Positions 56,230 to 64,000 of a DNA stretch of 64,000 nt are shown here, piece after piece (the first letter of the stretch is position 1; each line of letters starts with the position of its first letter). Source of the DNA: a virus. Location: IMG/VR virus record IMGVR_UViG_3300027833_001604, positions 45,014 through 109,013 of that record, one strand, 5' to 3'. The translations under genes and the position numbers were made by a program. The notes below the pieces were generated by a model. The model saw only the letters and a program-made list of their open reading frames with translations. It made no database searches and had not been told where the DNA came from.

Positions 56230-56766
56230 CTATTTGATTATATGATCTTGTGTGTATTGATCCCAATCTGTAAACACAGACCGGTCCATTAAGTTATGAA
56301 GGCTATGAACCCATACACCTTCGTTGGTAGCATCAAAATCGATATCGTCGATCTTAATACATGCATTATATCCCAACTGATCAATGTAAGGAATTCTTAC
56401 GCTTATCATTGGAATAAATCTACGATACTCAGTGAACCCACATTCAAGGACCCAATCAGTATATTTGGTTTCAAAGTCTAGTGTAACCCAAAAGTCTGCT
56501 TTAAGCAAACCCATTACTAAGTTATCCCATACTTTGTTTTCTTCGTCGGTTCCATTTGGTAACTCAACATTAAATGACATGTTTGCACCCAAGTAAATAT
56601 GTGTGCATTCATGATGCGTTGCATGTTCTATGATCTCTGCCAATGAAGTCTCTGTTCCTACTACAAAGAGTGTCTTCATACCATATGCTGGTGTGCGTTC
56701 TATTTCTTTGCCTACAAACAATGTGATATCAGTTACACCACTTGCTTTATCATAGTTTCTTTTCAT
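56230..56766 (-). CDS. conserved hypothetical protein in the deazaguanine operon
   Basis: G.EIERTPAYGMKTLFV, HIYLGAN, KIDD.DF.ATN.GVW.H. Confidence 0.8.
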   Translation of the reverse strand: MKRNYDKASGVTDITLFVGKEIERTPAYGMKTLFVVGTETSLAEIIEHATHHECTHIYLGANMSFNVELPNGTDEENKVWDNLVMGLLKADFWVTLDFETKYTDWVLECGFTEYRRFIPMISVRIPYIDQLGYNACIKIDDIDFDATNEGVWVHSLHNLMDRSVFTDWDQYTQDHIIK

Positions 56767-56967
56767 TTAATGTGTTCTCTCTTCTAAAGTTGCTTCAATT
56801 TTAACAATTTCTTCTTTTAATGAAAGTTTAGCTTTTTTCATTTTATGAATCTCAATGTCATCAATATGATTAGTATACGCTTCTTTAATATCTTTGTCAA
56901 GTGTTTTATGCTTAATAATTAAAGCATCTTTGTGTCTTGTTAAACTGTTAACTGTGCCTAGTCCCAT
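56767..56967 (-). CDS. DUF465/YdcH-like coiled-coil protein
   Basis: L..KH..LD..I...MKK.KL.LKEEI. Confidence 0.7.
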   Translation of the reverse strand: MGLGTVNSLTRHKDALIIKHKTLDKDIKEAYTNHIDDIEIHKMKKAKLSLKEEIVKIEATLEERTH

Positions 56968-56981
56968 TTGCTTTCTCCTTA

Positions 56982-58481
56982 TTAGTTTAGACCCATTAGG
57001 AATTTTTCAGCATCTACTGTTTCATTCTCTGTAAAGTCATCGTCTCCTTGGTCTCCCCAACTTGCGTCAAACAAGTTATCAAATGCACTTGCACTAGTCT
57101 TAATGCTCTTCTGGTTACTAAAGTCAGCTAGCATTGGTTGAGCCTCATCTAACATTTGCATAGGAGTTTCACTTTTAAATAGTTCATTGATAAAGTTGAT
57201 TACATAGATTGTGTTGCGTGGAATCCATGTATCAAACTCATCAATCTTCTTACCAGCTTTGACTTTCTGCCAATGCTTGTGACTAGGAGTATATCTAGTC
57301 GAGGCAACATCTGCTAATGCATTTGCGTTTTGAATACTATCAATATGCATATAAACATTGTGTGCCATCATTAAGAAGTAACTAAAGCTATCCCAACTTG
57401 TCTTGCCTTCTTTACCTATTTTGTTTAACATACCTGGTTTATACCAACATATATCACCCATTGTAAGTCTGTCTGCAATTGGGCCATTAAACGGAAACTT
57501 CATGTCATAGTTTCCTGCAAATAGCTTGTCGTCGATAGCGCCTTCCATTACATAACCAAACTTGTCATTACGCATATTATTAGTTGTATACATCTGACCT
57601 TTGGCTGTAGTGATAAAAGGACTTGCAGCATCATATGTAACCATCATGTTCTCATTTACAGTTTCACGTAGATTACGTTGAATAGCTGTAAACACACAAC
57701 TCCAATCAAGTTTTGCTGTTCCAAGATAGTGAATTAAATCTCTACCTGGGTCCAACATCTTTTCATCACGCATAACAATAAGTCTGCGTAACATTAGATG
57801 CAACTGTTTCATATTGTAACCAGCCATAGCCCAACCTTCAAATGGATAGTGCTTGACTGCTTCATACCAAATGTCAGCAGTGTGTTCATCATTGCCTTGA
57901 AGAACATTCATAAACTTAGTTTTGCCTTGCCTATTACGAACAAAGTAATCATTGTTAAACATTGTATAGTCTAAACAATCTCCAAAGCTCTTTAGTCCAG
58001 TCTTTTCACTAAGTGGTGGAAGTGCTGCCAGTGTTGGAATATCTAACACCATACTATAATCTGCTGTGTGTTCTAGCCAATTAAGAATAGTGCTACGCAA
58101 CTTGTCCTCAGTTTTAAAGTTAGCCCAATCCATTTGAATTACGCCTTTGGCAATCTGGAAACCTCCACTATCGCCTAAGATAAAACTTTTGTTTCTGTCA
58201 CGTTTTTGTATCATACATTCTTGCACATCACTTTTAGCTGTGTCAAGTGTAGCATGTCCTGCCGAGTATAAACCCCACTTGTAATTATAGTAAGTGTCAA
58301 TGTCTTTAAGAAAGTCACAACCATCAATGCCGTGTTCGAAACCATTAGGCATACGTTCATTGCTTAGATAGTTAGGATCTCTCCGTTGATTACTGATCAG
58401 TTTACTGTAGAAGCTACTAATACTAGGCAAAAATACTGCATAGTCTTTGTTCTTCGTTGTGAGATCTACACTTGGAATCAT
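56982..58481 (-). CDS. dpdA: TGT-fold transglycosylase, DpdA-like (DNA 7-deazaguanine insertion)
   Basis: GDSGGFQ, LDIP, VLQG, HYLG, TYDAAS, AHN; co-located with folE, the QueD-like gene and queE. Confidence 0.8.
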   Translation of the reverse strand: MIPSVDLTTKNKDYAVFLPSISSFYSKLISNQRRDPNYLSNERMPNGFEHGIDGCDFLKDIDTYYNYKWGLYSAGHATLDTAKSDVQECMIQKRDRNKSFILGDSGGFQIAKGVIQMDWANFKTEDKLRSTILNWLEHTADYSMVLDIPTLAALPPLSEKTGLKSFGDCLDYTMFNNDYFVRNRQGKTKFMNVLQGNDEHTADIWYEAVKHYPFEGWAMAGYNMKQLHLMLRRLIVMRDEKMLDPGRDLIHYLGTAKLDWSCVFTAIQRNLRETVNENMMVTYDAASPFITTAKGQMYTTNNMRNDKFGYVMEGAIDDKLFAGNYDMKFPFNGPIADRLTMGDICWYKPGMLNKIGKEGKTSWDSFSYFLMMAHNVYMHIDSIQNANALADVASTRYTPSHKHWQKVKAGKKIDEFDTWIPRNTIYVINFINELFKSETPMQMLDEAQPMLADFSNQKSIKTSASAFDNLFDASWGDQGDDDFTENETVDAEKFLMGLN

Positions 58482-58485
58482 ATGC

Positions 58486-59235
58486 TTATACCGTTAATGC
58501 TGGAAGAATGTAATCGTATTTGCCAATGCCTGAATCTACACTAATTTGTAGAGCTCCACGGGCACTAATTTGCATTACACATGCACCTGACATTCCTAGT
58601 TTTAGGATTGCTAATACTTGTGCTAGTGGCCATGCATAACCTTCGTTTAGTTCTCCGCTAATGTTTGTAGCAAATGTTCGCTTACCTGTAAATGATCCAT
58701 CTGGTGCACCTACTGTAATAATTAAGTCCGTGCCTTCTGTTTTAACAGTAAAGTTTGGTTCGATACCACCGTAAATACCTGCAATAGCATTTAGTTCTGC
58801 TACTTTGGTTTTAGTTGGCTCAAATGCAACATCCCAATCAGCACCTTTAAACTTAACAGTTTGTAGTGTCTGCTCAATGATTTCTTTTGACATAAAACGA
58901 TATTGATCTGTGTTACCATCTGCATCTTTAAACATTAAATGGTCTGGCATTTGCACTCCATTACGTTCTCGAGAAACAACTTCAACTGAAGCTGTGTCTT
59001 CTTGATAGTTTGATAGTGCTGTAACACCTGCTAGAAAACCTAAGTTTCCTAGTCCAAACTCGCCTTTAAAATCTGCTACTGCATTATGTAATGTTGCATG
59101 CAAAATAACTGTGCGATCGGCATCCATTGCATCTAGCTCTGTTGCCTCGTCTGTGCCTGTTACTTTAACATTTGTAATAAAACCAAGACCTGCTGTATGT
59201 TTTACGATGTCTTGAACTACGTCACGTGTGCTCAT
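58486..59235 (-). CDS. probable DNA polymerase sliding clamp (gp45/PCNA-like)
   Basis: About 250 aa with a repeating beta/alpha pattern, ending YDYILPA as in clamps; fold inferred. Confidence 0.5.
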   Translation of the reverse strand: MSTRDVVQDIVKHTAGLGFITNVKVTGTDEATELDAMDADRTVILHATLHNAVADFKGEFGLGNLGFLAGVTALSNYQEDTASVEVVSRERNGVQMPDHLMFKDADGNTDQYRFMSKEIIEQTLQTVKFKGADWDVAFEPTKTKVAELNAIAGIYGGIEPNFTVKTEGTDLIITVGAPDGSFTGKRTFATNISGELNEGYAWPLAQVLAILKLGMSGACVMQISARGALQISVDSGIGKYDYILPALTV

Positions 59236-59274
59236 GTGTTTCTCCTATTGATAAAAATTTAATCTAACTATGTT

Positions 59275-59303
59275 ATTGTATAATAGTATTTAGAATTTGT
59301 CAA
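59275..59303 (-). promoter_or_regulatory. sigma70-type promoter of the clamp-dpdA operon
   Basis: TTGACA-17bp-TACAAT. Confidence 0.75.
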
Positions 59304-59384
59304 GTAAAAAGGCCATTTATGGCATTAAAATTGATGTTTTTATTATACAAGGTTTAGTTGAGTTTTGTGTTGTTTCATATTACT

Positions 59385-59413
59385 ATTATACAACATAAAT
59401 TGAAAGGTGTCAA
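59385..59413 (-). promoter_or_regulatory. sigma70-type promoter
   Basis: TTGACA-17bp-TATAAT. Confidence 0.8.
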
Positions 59414-59424
59414 CCTAAGTGATT

Positions 59425-59501
59425 TGGCCCGCTCTACAGGATTCGAACCTGTGACCTACTGCTTAGAAGGCAGTTGCTCTATCCAGCTGAGCTAAGAGCG
59501 G
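59425..59501 (-). tRNA. tRNA-Arg(UCU), CCA encoded
   Basis: Acceptor CCGCTCT/AGAGCGG, D arm GCTC/GAGC, anticodon arm ACTGC-CTTCTAA-GCAGT, T loop TTCGAAT, 3' GCCA. Confidence 0.97.
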
Positions 59502-59517
59502 GCAATGTTATTAACGC

Positions 59518-59652
59518 TTATCCGAAATGCTTTGTTATAGCATTTGGTAATTTTGATTTGATAGGGTTCCATATGGCTGCTTCTGCTTTGCCTATAAACT
59601 TAGGTCTTGGCACTAGCCAACCAATTAGAACTCCTAGTAAAAAATACCCCAT
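59518..59652 (-). CDS. small 44-aa membrane protein
   Basis: MGYFLLGVLIGWLVPRP; GGAG RBS; TAATG coupling. Confidence 0.6.
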   Translation of the reverse strand: MGYFLLGVLIGWLVPRPKFIGKAEAAIWNPIKSKLPNAITKHFG

Positions 59653-60023
59653 TATAGTTCTCCGTTATCTCTCATTTGTTTTCTAATATTTGTTGCACTT
59701 ATCTCATGTATTGTAACACCTAGATCGTGTTGTGTCAAGCTATAACCTACGCCTCGGCCATAACTAATATCAACAATGTTAGGAACTGTCATAATGATAA
59801 AGTCCTCGTCATATGTAAAGCCTTCCATTGAAAGTGCCTGTCTAATGCTAAGTTCAACTTTGTTTGCACTAAATGGATTATCATCGATACCTTGCACATT
59901 ACGAACCATGATACAAACTTGTCCAGTTTTTTCTAGTGCTTTTTTAAATAATTCTGTGTGTCCTTTGTGCCACGGTTGCCATCTGCCAAGCATTTGGACT
60001 GTGGGTTTTTTACTATCAAACAT
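59652..60023 (-). CDS. cytidylyltransferase-like (HxGH) nucleotidyltransferase
   Basis: GRWQPWHKGH, ISATNIR. Confidence 0.85.
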   Translation of the reverse strand: MFDSKKPTVQMLGRWQPWHKGHTELFKKALEKTGQVCIMVRNVQGIDDNPFSANKVELSIRQALSMEGFTYDEDFIIMTVPNIVDISYGRGVGYSLTQHDLGVTIHEISATNIRKQMRDNGEL

Positions 60024-60441
60024 TATTAATCTCCATCCAACGTTGCACTACTGGCATTAGTTGTTCATGGGCATTGTCAAACCATTTCTCAATATGATAG
60101 TCTACGTTCTCAGGTGGTTCAAACATATCGTTTGTGTCTTCAAATCTACCTCGAGAAATAGTATCCATCCATATTGTAAAGTCTGGATTAAAGTTTAGTC
60201 TTGCTTCTTCTGTAGGACAAATGAAATCACACACTGCAATCTTACCTGCCATAACCACACCATCTGCTAAGTGTTTCATACGAACCGATTGTCTAATGCG
60301 ACCAGACAAACTAAAGTCCCAATCGTTATAACTTGTTCTAACTACGTCAGCATTAATCCATACACCATTAACTAGTTTAGCAAATGGTTCTGCTAGTGTT
60401 GACTTACCGCTACCCGGAAGTCCGCATATTAATATTTTCAA
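60016..60441 (-). CDS. cysC: adenylylsulfate kinase-like
   Basis: GLPGSGKST, NADVVR, DFS..GR, FEPP. Confidence 0.8.
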   Translation of the reverse strand: MKILICGLPGSGKSTLAEPFAKLVNGVWINADVVRTSYNDWDFSLSGRIRQSVRMKHLADGVVMAGKIAVCDFICPTEEARLNFNPDFTIWMDTISRGRFEDTNDMFEPPENVDYHIEKWFDNAHEQLMPVVQRWMEINNV

Positions 60442-60551
60442 TCTAAATTCTCCTCATGCCAGCTTGGGCATCCATCGTCTGTGCAATTGTTTTCTATGTG
60501 GTTAGCATTGTATATGAACAACGCTGTAATCATTACTATTATATATTCCAT
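60438..60551 (-). CDS. small 37-aa protein
   Basis: MEYIIVMITALFIY...; stop overlaps the cysC start. Confidence 0.45.
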   Translation of the reverse strand: MEYIIVMITALFIYNANHIENNCTDDGCPSWHEENLD

Positions 60552-60565
60552 TGTTATATAATAGA

Positions 60566-61726
60566 TTATGTTATAGGCTTTGTCAACCTATTTAGTAATT
60601 CTTTTCTGTTGATTTTACCTTGACCTTTACGTTCTATAGTATCTACATAGGTAATATGGTCTGGTATTTCGTATGACATTAGGTTATTTTGTAATGTTTT
60701 TTCGTCTATTGTTCCTACTATTAATGCATGTATTTCACTTTCGCCAAACACAACACAATCGTTTGCACCTGCTGTTAGTAATGCACGTTCAACTATATAA
60801 GGCATTATCTTTGCGCCGCCTTTTATGATCATATCTTTCTTGCGTCCATTAATGAATAAGAATCCATCATTGTCTATATATCCTAAATCTCCAGTAGAGA
60901 ATCCATCTACTATTAATTCATTATCATCTGCAAACTCAACATGCATTTTGTCTAGCACATATCCCACACTGTTATATTTCTGTGGGTAATGCATAATACT
61001 TACTGTGCCTAGTTCATTTAATCCATACGAATCTGTTGTTGCAACATTAAAGAAGTTTTCAGTTCTTATTTTAAATTCTTTATGCATTGGTGCACCAGTT
61101 GTTCTTATGTGTTTTATAGAATTAGAATAGGATTGTTGTGTGTCCATCATCAGATCAAGTATAGCCGGTGATGCTATAATAAATGTAGGATTAACTGTTG
61201 GCCATTCATCATACACATCTTCTAACACATAATAAGTTGCTCCTGTTTTATAGCATAAGCAAAATGTTTGAAAGCCTATTCCAACCCATAATGCTAATAC
61301 GTTAACTGTAGAGTCTTGTTCTGTTATGTTGCCGTGTGTTTGTATGTTGTTATCAAGTCCAGTTATATTATATTGCTGTTCATTATACGATATAATTTTA
61401 GGAGTTTCAGTGCTACCGCTAGAGCAAAGTCCTATTACTTCATCTGGTTTGCATTGATTGTAGCGTGGTGCAGGTAATACATCTTCCCACATGTCTACAT
61501 CATAATATTGTTGTTCTATTATCGGCATATACTGATTAATAATAACTGGGCTACACACTTGCATTGCTCCAAATATCTTAAACACATTACCAATACCACT
61601 GTAGACACCTATACGACATGTGTTGTCATACCCAGCTGCTCTTAATTCATCAGCGTATAGTTTTGCTTTTTCATCAAAGTCTGCTTTAGATGTTTCAGAT
61701 CCATCCGCCCAAACAATTAGTGCCAT
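60566..61726 (-). CDS. AMP-binding (acyl-CoA synthetase/adenylation) enzyme
   Basis: SSGSTETPK, SYGLNE, TGDLG, GRKKDMI, GK. Confidence 0.88.
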   Translation of the reverse strand: MALIVWADGSETSKADFDEKAKLYADELRAAGYDNTCRIGVYSGIGNVFKIFGAMQVCSPVIINQYMPIIEQQYYDVDMWEDVLPAPRYNQCKPDEVIGLCSSGSTETPKIISYNEQQYNITGLDNNIQTHGNITEQDSTVNVLALWVGIGFQTFCLCYKTGATYYVLEDVYDEWPTVNPTFIIASPAILDLMMDTQQSYSNSIKHIRTTGAPMHKEFKIRTENFFNVATTDSYGLNELGTVSIMHYPQKYNSVGYVLDKMHVEFADDNELIVDGFSTGDLGYIDNDGFLFINGRKKDMIIKGGAKIMPYIVERALLTAGANDCVVFGESEIHALIVGTIDEKTLQNNLMSYEIPDHITYVDTIERKGQGKINRKELLNRLTKPIT

Positions 61727-62328
61727 TATTTTATTAACCTATGTTCTCTTACCATAAAACTTGGTCTATAAAAGTCTATTTCTTTTACTTTGTGCCATGT
61801 ATTTTCGTGTGCTGTAAAACACCAAGCATGGTTAGGTTTGTATGGCACCTGTGCTTGTGCCACAGTAGGCTTGCGTGATACTAACACCCCACTATCTGTA
61901 TGGGTATTATCTTGTGCCATGTATACTTGAAAGGTAGTAATTTCTTTGTCTGGATATGCATCAACATCATTGTGCCACCCTTGATCAAATCCTGGATAAT
62001 CTAAATGCCACATACAACTATAATGATTAAACTCTACACCAGTTGCTTTAAATATATGTGCTGTAAGTTCGTCTGTCCATAACCAATCGTAGAACTCACG
62101 TAAGAATCCACTAGCACTTTCACGTGCTTCTTCATCTATCATTACAACTTGTCCTTCTGGATAAGCAGGGTCACTGCCATCGTCATTGTATATGTTCCAA
62201 TTTTTTACTGCATCAGAATATAGTATGTTCGTAAGATTCTCATATACTTCTGGAGTAAAGAAACCATTGTCGGCTTGCACATAATTCCATGGGTGCATGT
62301 ATTTGCTGTATGATGTGTTAGCTAGCAT
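61726..62328 (-). CDS. 2OG-Fe(II) oxygenase
   Basis: WHND, TFQVYM, YKPNHAW, TWHKV, R.S. Confidence 0.75.
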   Translation of the reverse strand: MLANTSYSKYMHPWNYVQADNGFFTPEVYENLTNILYSDAVKNWNIYNDDGSDPAYPEGQVVMIDEEARESASGFLREFYDWLWTDELTAHIFKATGVEFNHYSCMWHLDYPGFDQGWHNDVDAYPDKEITTFQVYMAQDNTHTDSGVLVSRKPTVAQAQVPYKPNHAWCFTAHENTWHKVKEIDFYRPSFMVREHRLIK

Positions 62329-62980
62329 CTTCTGATTTCCAATCATCTGTGTATGTATGTTCTTGTCTGTGAACAATTGCACCAGGCACATCTTTGTATT
62401 TGTTGTAGCTTTGTTTTACAAGTGCTTTTTGTTTTTCAATGTCCATACGTCCATGACAGAACAATATGTATCTGTCGTCTACATATCTTGTATTGCCATG
62501 TGGTGTTCCGGTATGACTAATATTATACCAATCAGTATCTTCAGGTAGCACTGGCATTTTAATAACTTGATCGTCTGTTATAATTGCTAGGTCTCCATGC
62601 CTGCTTCCTTGTATTACCATTCTATATCCACAAGGTTCGTTTTCTTTATTGTGTTGATATAGTTCTGGATTGGCTTCTGGTTCTACCATATCAATATGTA
62701 TACTACCTTGCCTACGCATATGATGTAGTTTAATATTAATTAAATCACTAAAGGGTAGATACTTATTAACATAATCAATCACTGCGGTTTGACTTTCAGT
62801 TAAATCATCTCTTGGTTCTGATGTAGCATAGTTTTTTGTTGTCTTTAACAATCTCTGCGATTCAAATGCTTGTGCTGTATGTGGAGTAAACTCTTTATGA
62901 AAGTCTGCAATAAGTTCTTGCTTCATGTGGAACTTAGGTATGTCCACTGGCATATATAATATTGTATGGTTAAATGCCAT
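62318..62980 (-). CDS. putative cupin/2OG-Fe(II) oxygenase-like protein
   Basis: IHID...PHG...DRYILF. Confidence 0.55.
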   Translation of the reverse strand: MAFNHTILYMPVDIPKFHMKQELIADFHKEFTPHTAQAFESQRLLKTTKNYATSEPRDDLTESQTAVIDYVNKYLPFSDLINIKLHHMRRQGSIHIDMVEPEANPELYQHNKENEPCGYRMVIQGSRHGDLAIITDDQVIKMPVLPEDTDWYNISHTGTPHGNTRYVDDRYILFCHGRMDIEKQKALVKQSYNKYKDVPGAIVHRQEHTYTDDWKSEDAS

Positions 62981-62983
62981 CTA

Positions 62984-63838
62984 TCAACATCCCGTTTCTA
63001 TTGTGATATAGTTTGCGATACTAGTGCTATTTACTCCTGGAATGTTGTCTACGTTTTCTACAACAATGTTAGAAAACTGTTCTGAATTAGTATAAATTGC
63101 TTGGCAATTTTTATTAGGTTGTTCAATAACTTTAAGTAATTTAACATCTGGTCTTACAACATTTGTATTGTTGCCAAATTCTTCTACTATTGTTATAACT
63201 GAATCGTTATTATTACGAATCCAATCATATAAAAATTGATCATCTAGGATTGCATCTTCTCTGTTTAATTGCCAGACATGTATTTCATATCCACTGCGTT
63301 TGACAGCCCCGTCAGGCCACATTGCAATTGGCAATATATCTGTTTCATCTTTACGATTAGGCCAAAACGAATCTAATATTTCAAAATACTTTTGTTTAAT
63401 CATGTTTGAGTCTTTAGGTTGGTCTCTGCCTAAGTTTTGTGGCATGCATCCAATTACAATTTTATATTTGTTGCAGCATGAAAATACATGTAGCTTTCCT
63501 GGTTGTCCTCCATCCCACTGTTTCTTACTGCTAGGCAAGTTTAAAGATGCGTGGCTTAGGGTATCACTAGCTGCCTTGCAATATATTGCAATGCTTCCAC
63601 CAACTACATGATTACCATCTGTAGTGCTGGTTATAAACTCTGTTCGGTATGTGTTTTTATCAATAGCATAGTAAAAAGCATTATAATAGGCTTGACTGAC
63701 ACGTTCGATAATACATAAATCAATGCCGCTACGTTTTTTAAATTCAAAGTCTATCTTATCAGTTAATGACTTCATATCTATTTTATCATCCGCTGTATAA
63801 CACCAATTAATCATTTCAATCTTTAATATTTTTAACAT
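62984..63838 (-). CDS. hypothetical protein
   Basis: AGGGGAG RBS before MLKILK. Confidence 0.7.
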   Translation of the reverse strand: MLKILKIEMINWCYTADDKIDMKSLTDKIDFEFKKRSGIDLCIIERVSQAYYNAFYYAIDKNTYRTEFITSTTDGNHVVGGSIAIYCKAASDTLSHASLNLPSSKKQWDGGQPGKLHVFSCCNKYKIVIGCMPQNLGRDQPKDSNMIKQKYFEILDSFWPNRKDETDILPIAMWPDGAVKRSGYEIHVWQLNREDAILDDQFLYDWIRNNNDSVITIVEEFGNNTNVVRPDVKLLKVIEQPNKNCQAIYTNSEQFSNIVVENVDNIPGVNSTSIANYITIETGC

Positions 63839-63915
63839 TAGTTTATCTCCCCTAACCAATTAATCATTTCAATCTTTAATATTTTTAACATTAGTTTATC
63901 TCCCCTAACCAATTA
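63802..63915. repeat. perfect 53-bp tandem duplication
   Basis: 63802-63854 is identical to 63855-63907, followed by a third ACCAATTA. Confidence 0.95.
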
Positions 63916-64000
63916 CCTATTGCACTGTTTTTTATATAGATTTGATATAATAACTTGTTACCTTCTCTATTTAAATGTCCTGGATCATCTTTATCTACTC

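Noticed and set aside
56982-58481. Canonical tRNA-guanine transglycosylase for queuosine
   Set aside because: Longer and divergent, lacks the CxCxxC zinc motif, and follows a clamp-like gene; the only tRNA here (Arg UCU) is not a Q substrate. DpdA-like is preferred but unproven.
4916-63611. Numerous plus-strand ORFs antisense to minus-strand genes (e.g. 24516-25055, 35285-35686, 38661-39050, 53074-53472, 59474-59686)
   Set aside because: They lie opposite motif-supported genes or the tRNA, lack RBSs and have atypical composition.
63802-63915. Possible CRISPR array
   Set aside because: Two directly abutting identical units with no spacers and no cas genes; it is a simple tandem duplication.
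1-64000. Alternative genetic code (stop-codon reassignment) as seen in some jumbo phages
   Set aside because: Conserved genes (metK, prs, tdk, folE) are full length under the standard code, and TAA, TAG and TGA all end genes at sensible positions.
1-64000. Bacterial chromosome origin suggested by metK, prs, galE and folE
   Set aside because: These genes are interspersed with T4-like RNase H, phage hypotheticals, a homing endonuclease and late-promoter boxes, with no bacterial operon context.

Overview
AT-rich, densely coding segment of a large T4-like/jumbo dsDNA bacteriophage using the standard genetic code. A marine proteobacterial host is inferred from the auxiliary genes. Phage evidence: T4-type RNase H/5'-exonuclease, probable sliding clamp, thymidine kinase, GIY-YIG endonuclease, lone tRNA-Arg, many consensus sigma70 promoters and T4-late-like (T/G)ATAAATA boxes. 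Layout: (1) 1-4.4 kb, + strand: sigma70-promoter genes, including a candidate pseudoknotted leader RNA. (2) 4.4-29.8 kb: a 25-kb tailoring-enzyme island with ten radical SAM proteins (seven with an N-terminal twitch Fe-S domain), several 2OG/Fe(II)-type oxygenases including a KdoO-like one, a PLP enzyme, an amidinotransferase, an SDR, a sulfotransferase-like protein, lipase/SGNH hydrolases and an MTA/SAH nucleosidase. (3) 29.8-52 kb: hypotheticals plus MoxR-AAA/vWA, FTR1 iron permease, RNase H, metK, DNA methyltransferase, queE, prs, tdk and an S8 protease. (4) 52-59.3 kb: a 7-deazaguanine DNA-modification operon (clamp, TGT/DpdA, DpdL/QueD-like, glycosyltransferase, GalE, FolE). (5) tRNA-Arg and a second small tailoring cluster (CysC, nucleotidyltransferase, AMP-ligase, oxygenases). 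The best candidates for undescribed systems are the radical SAM island and the glycosyltransferase-linked deazaguanine operon. All functional calls come from motifs read by eye; no searches were run.
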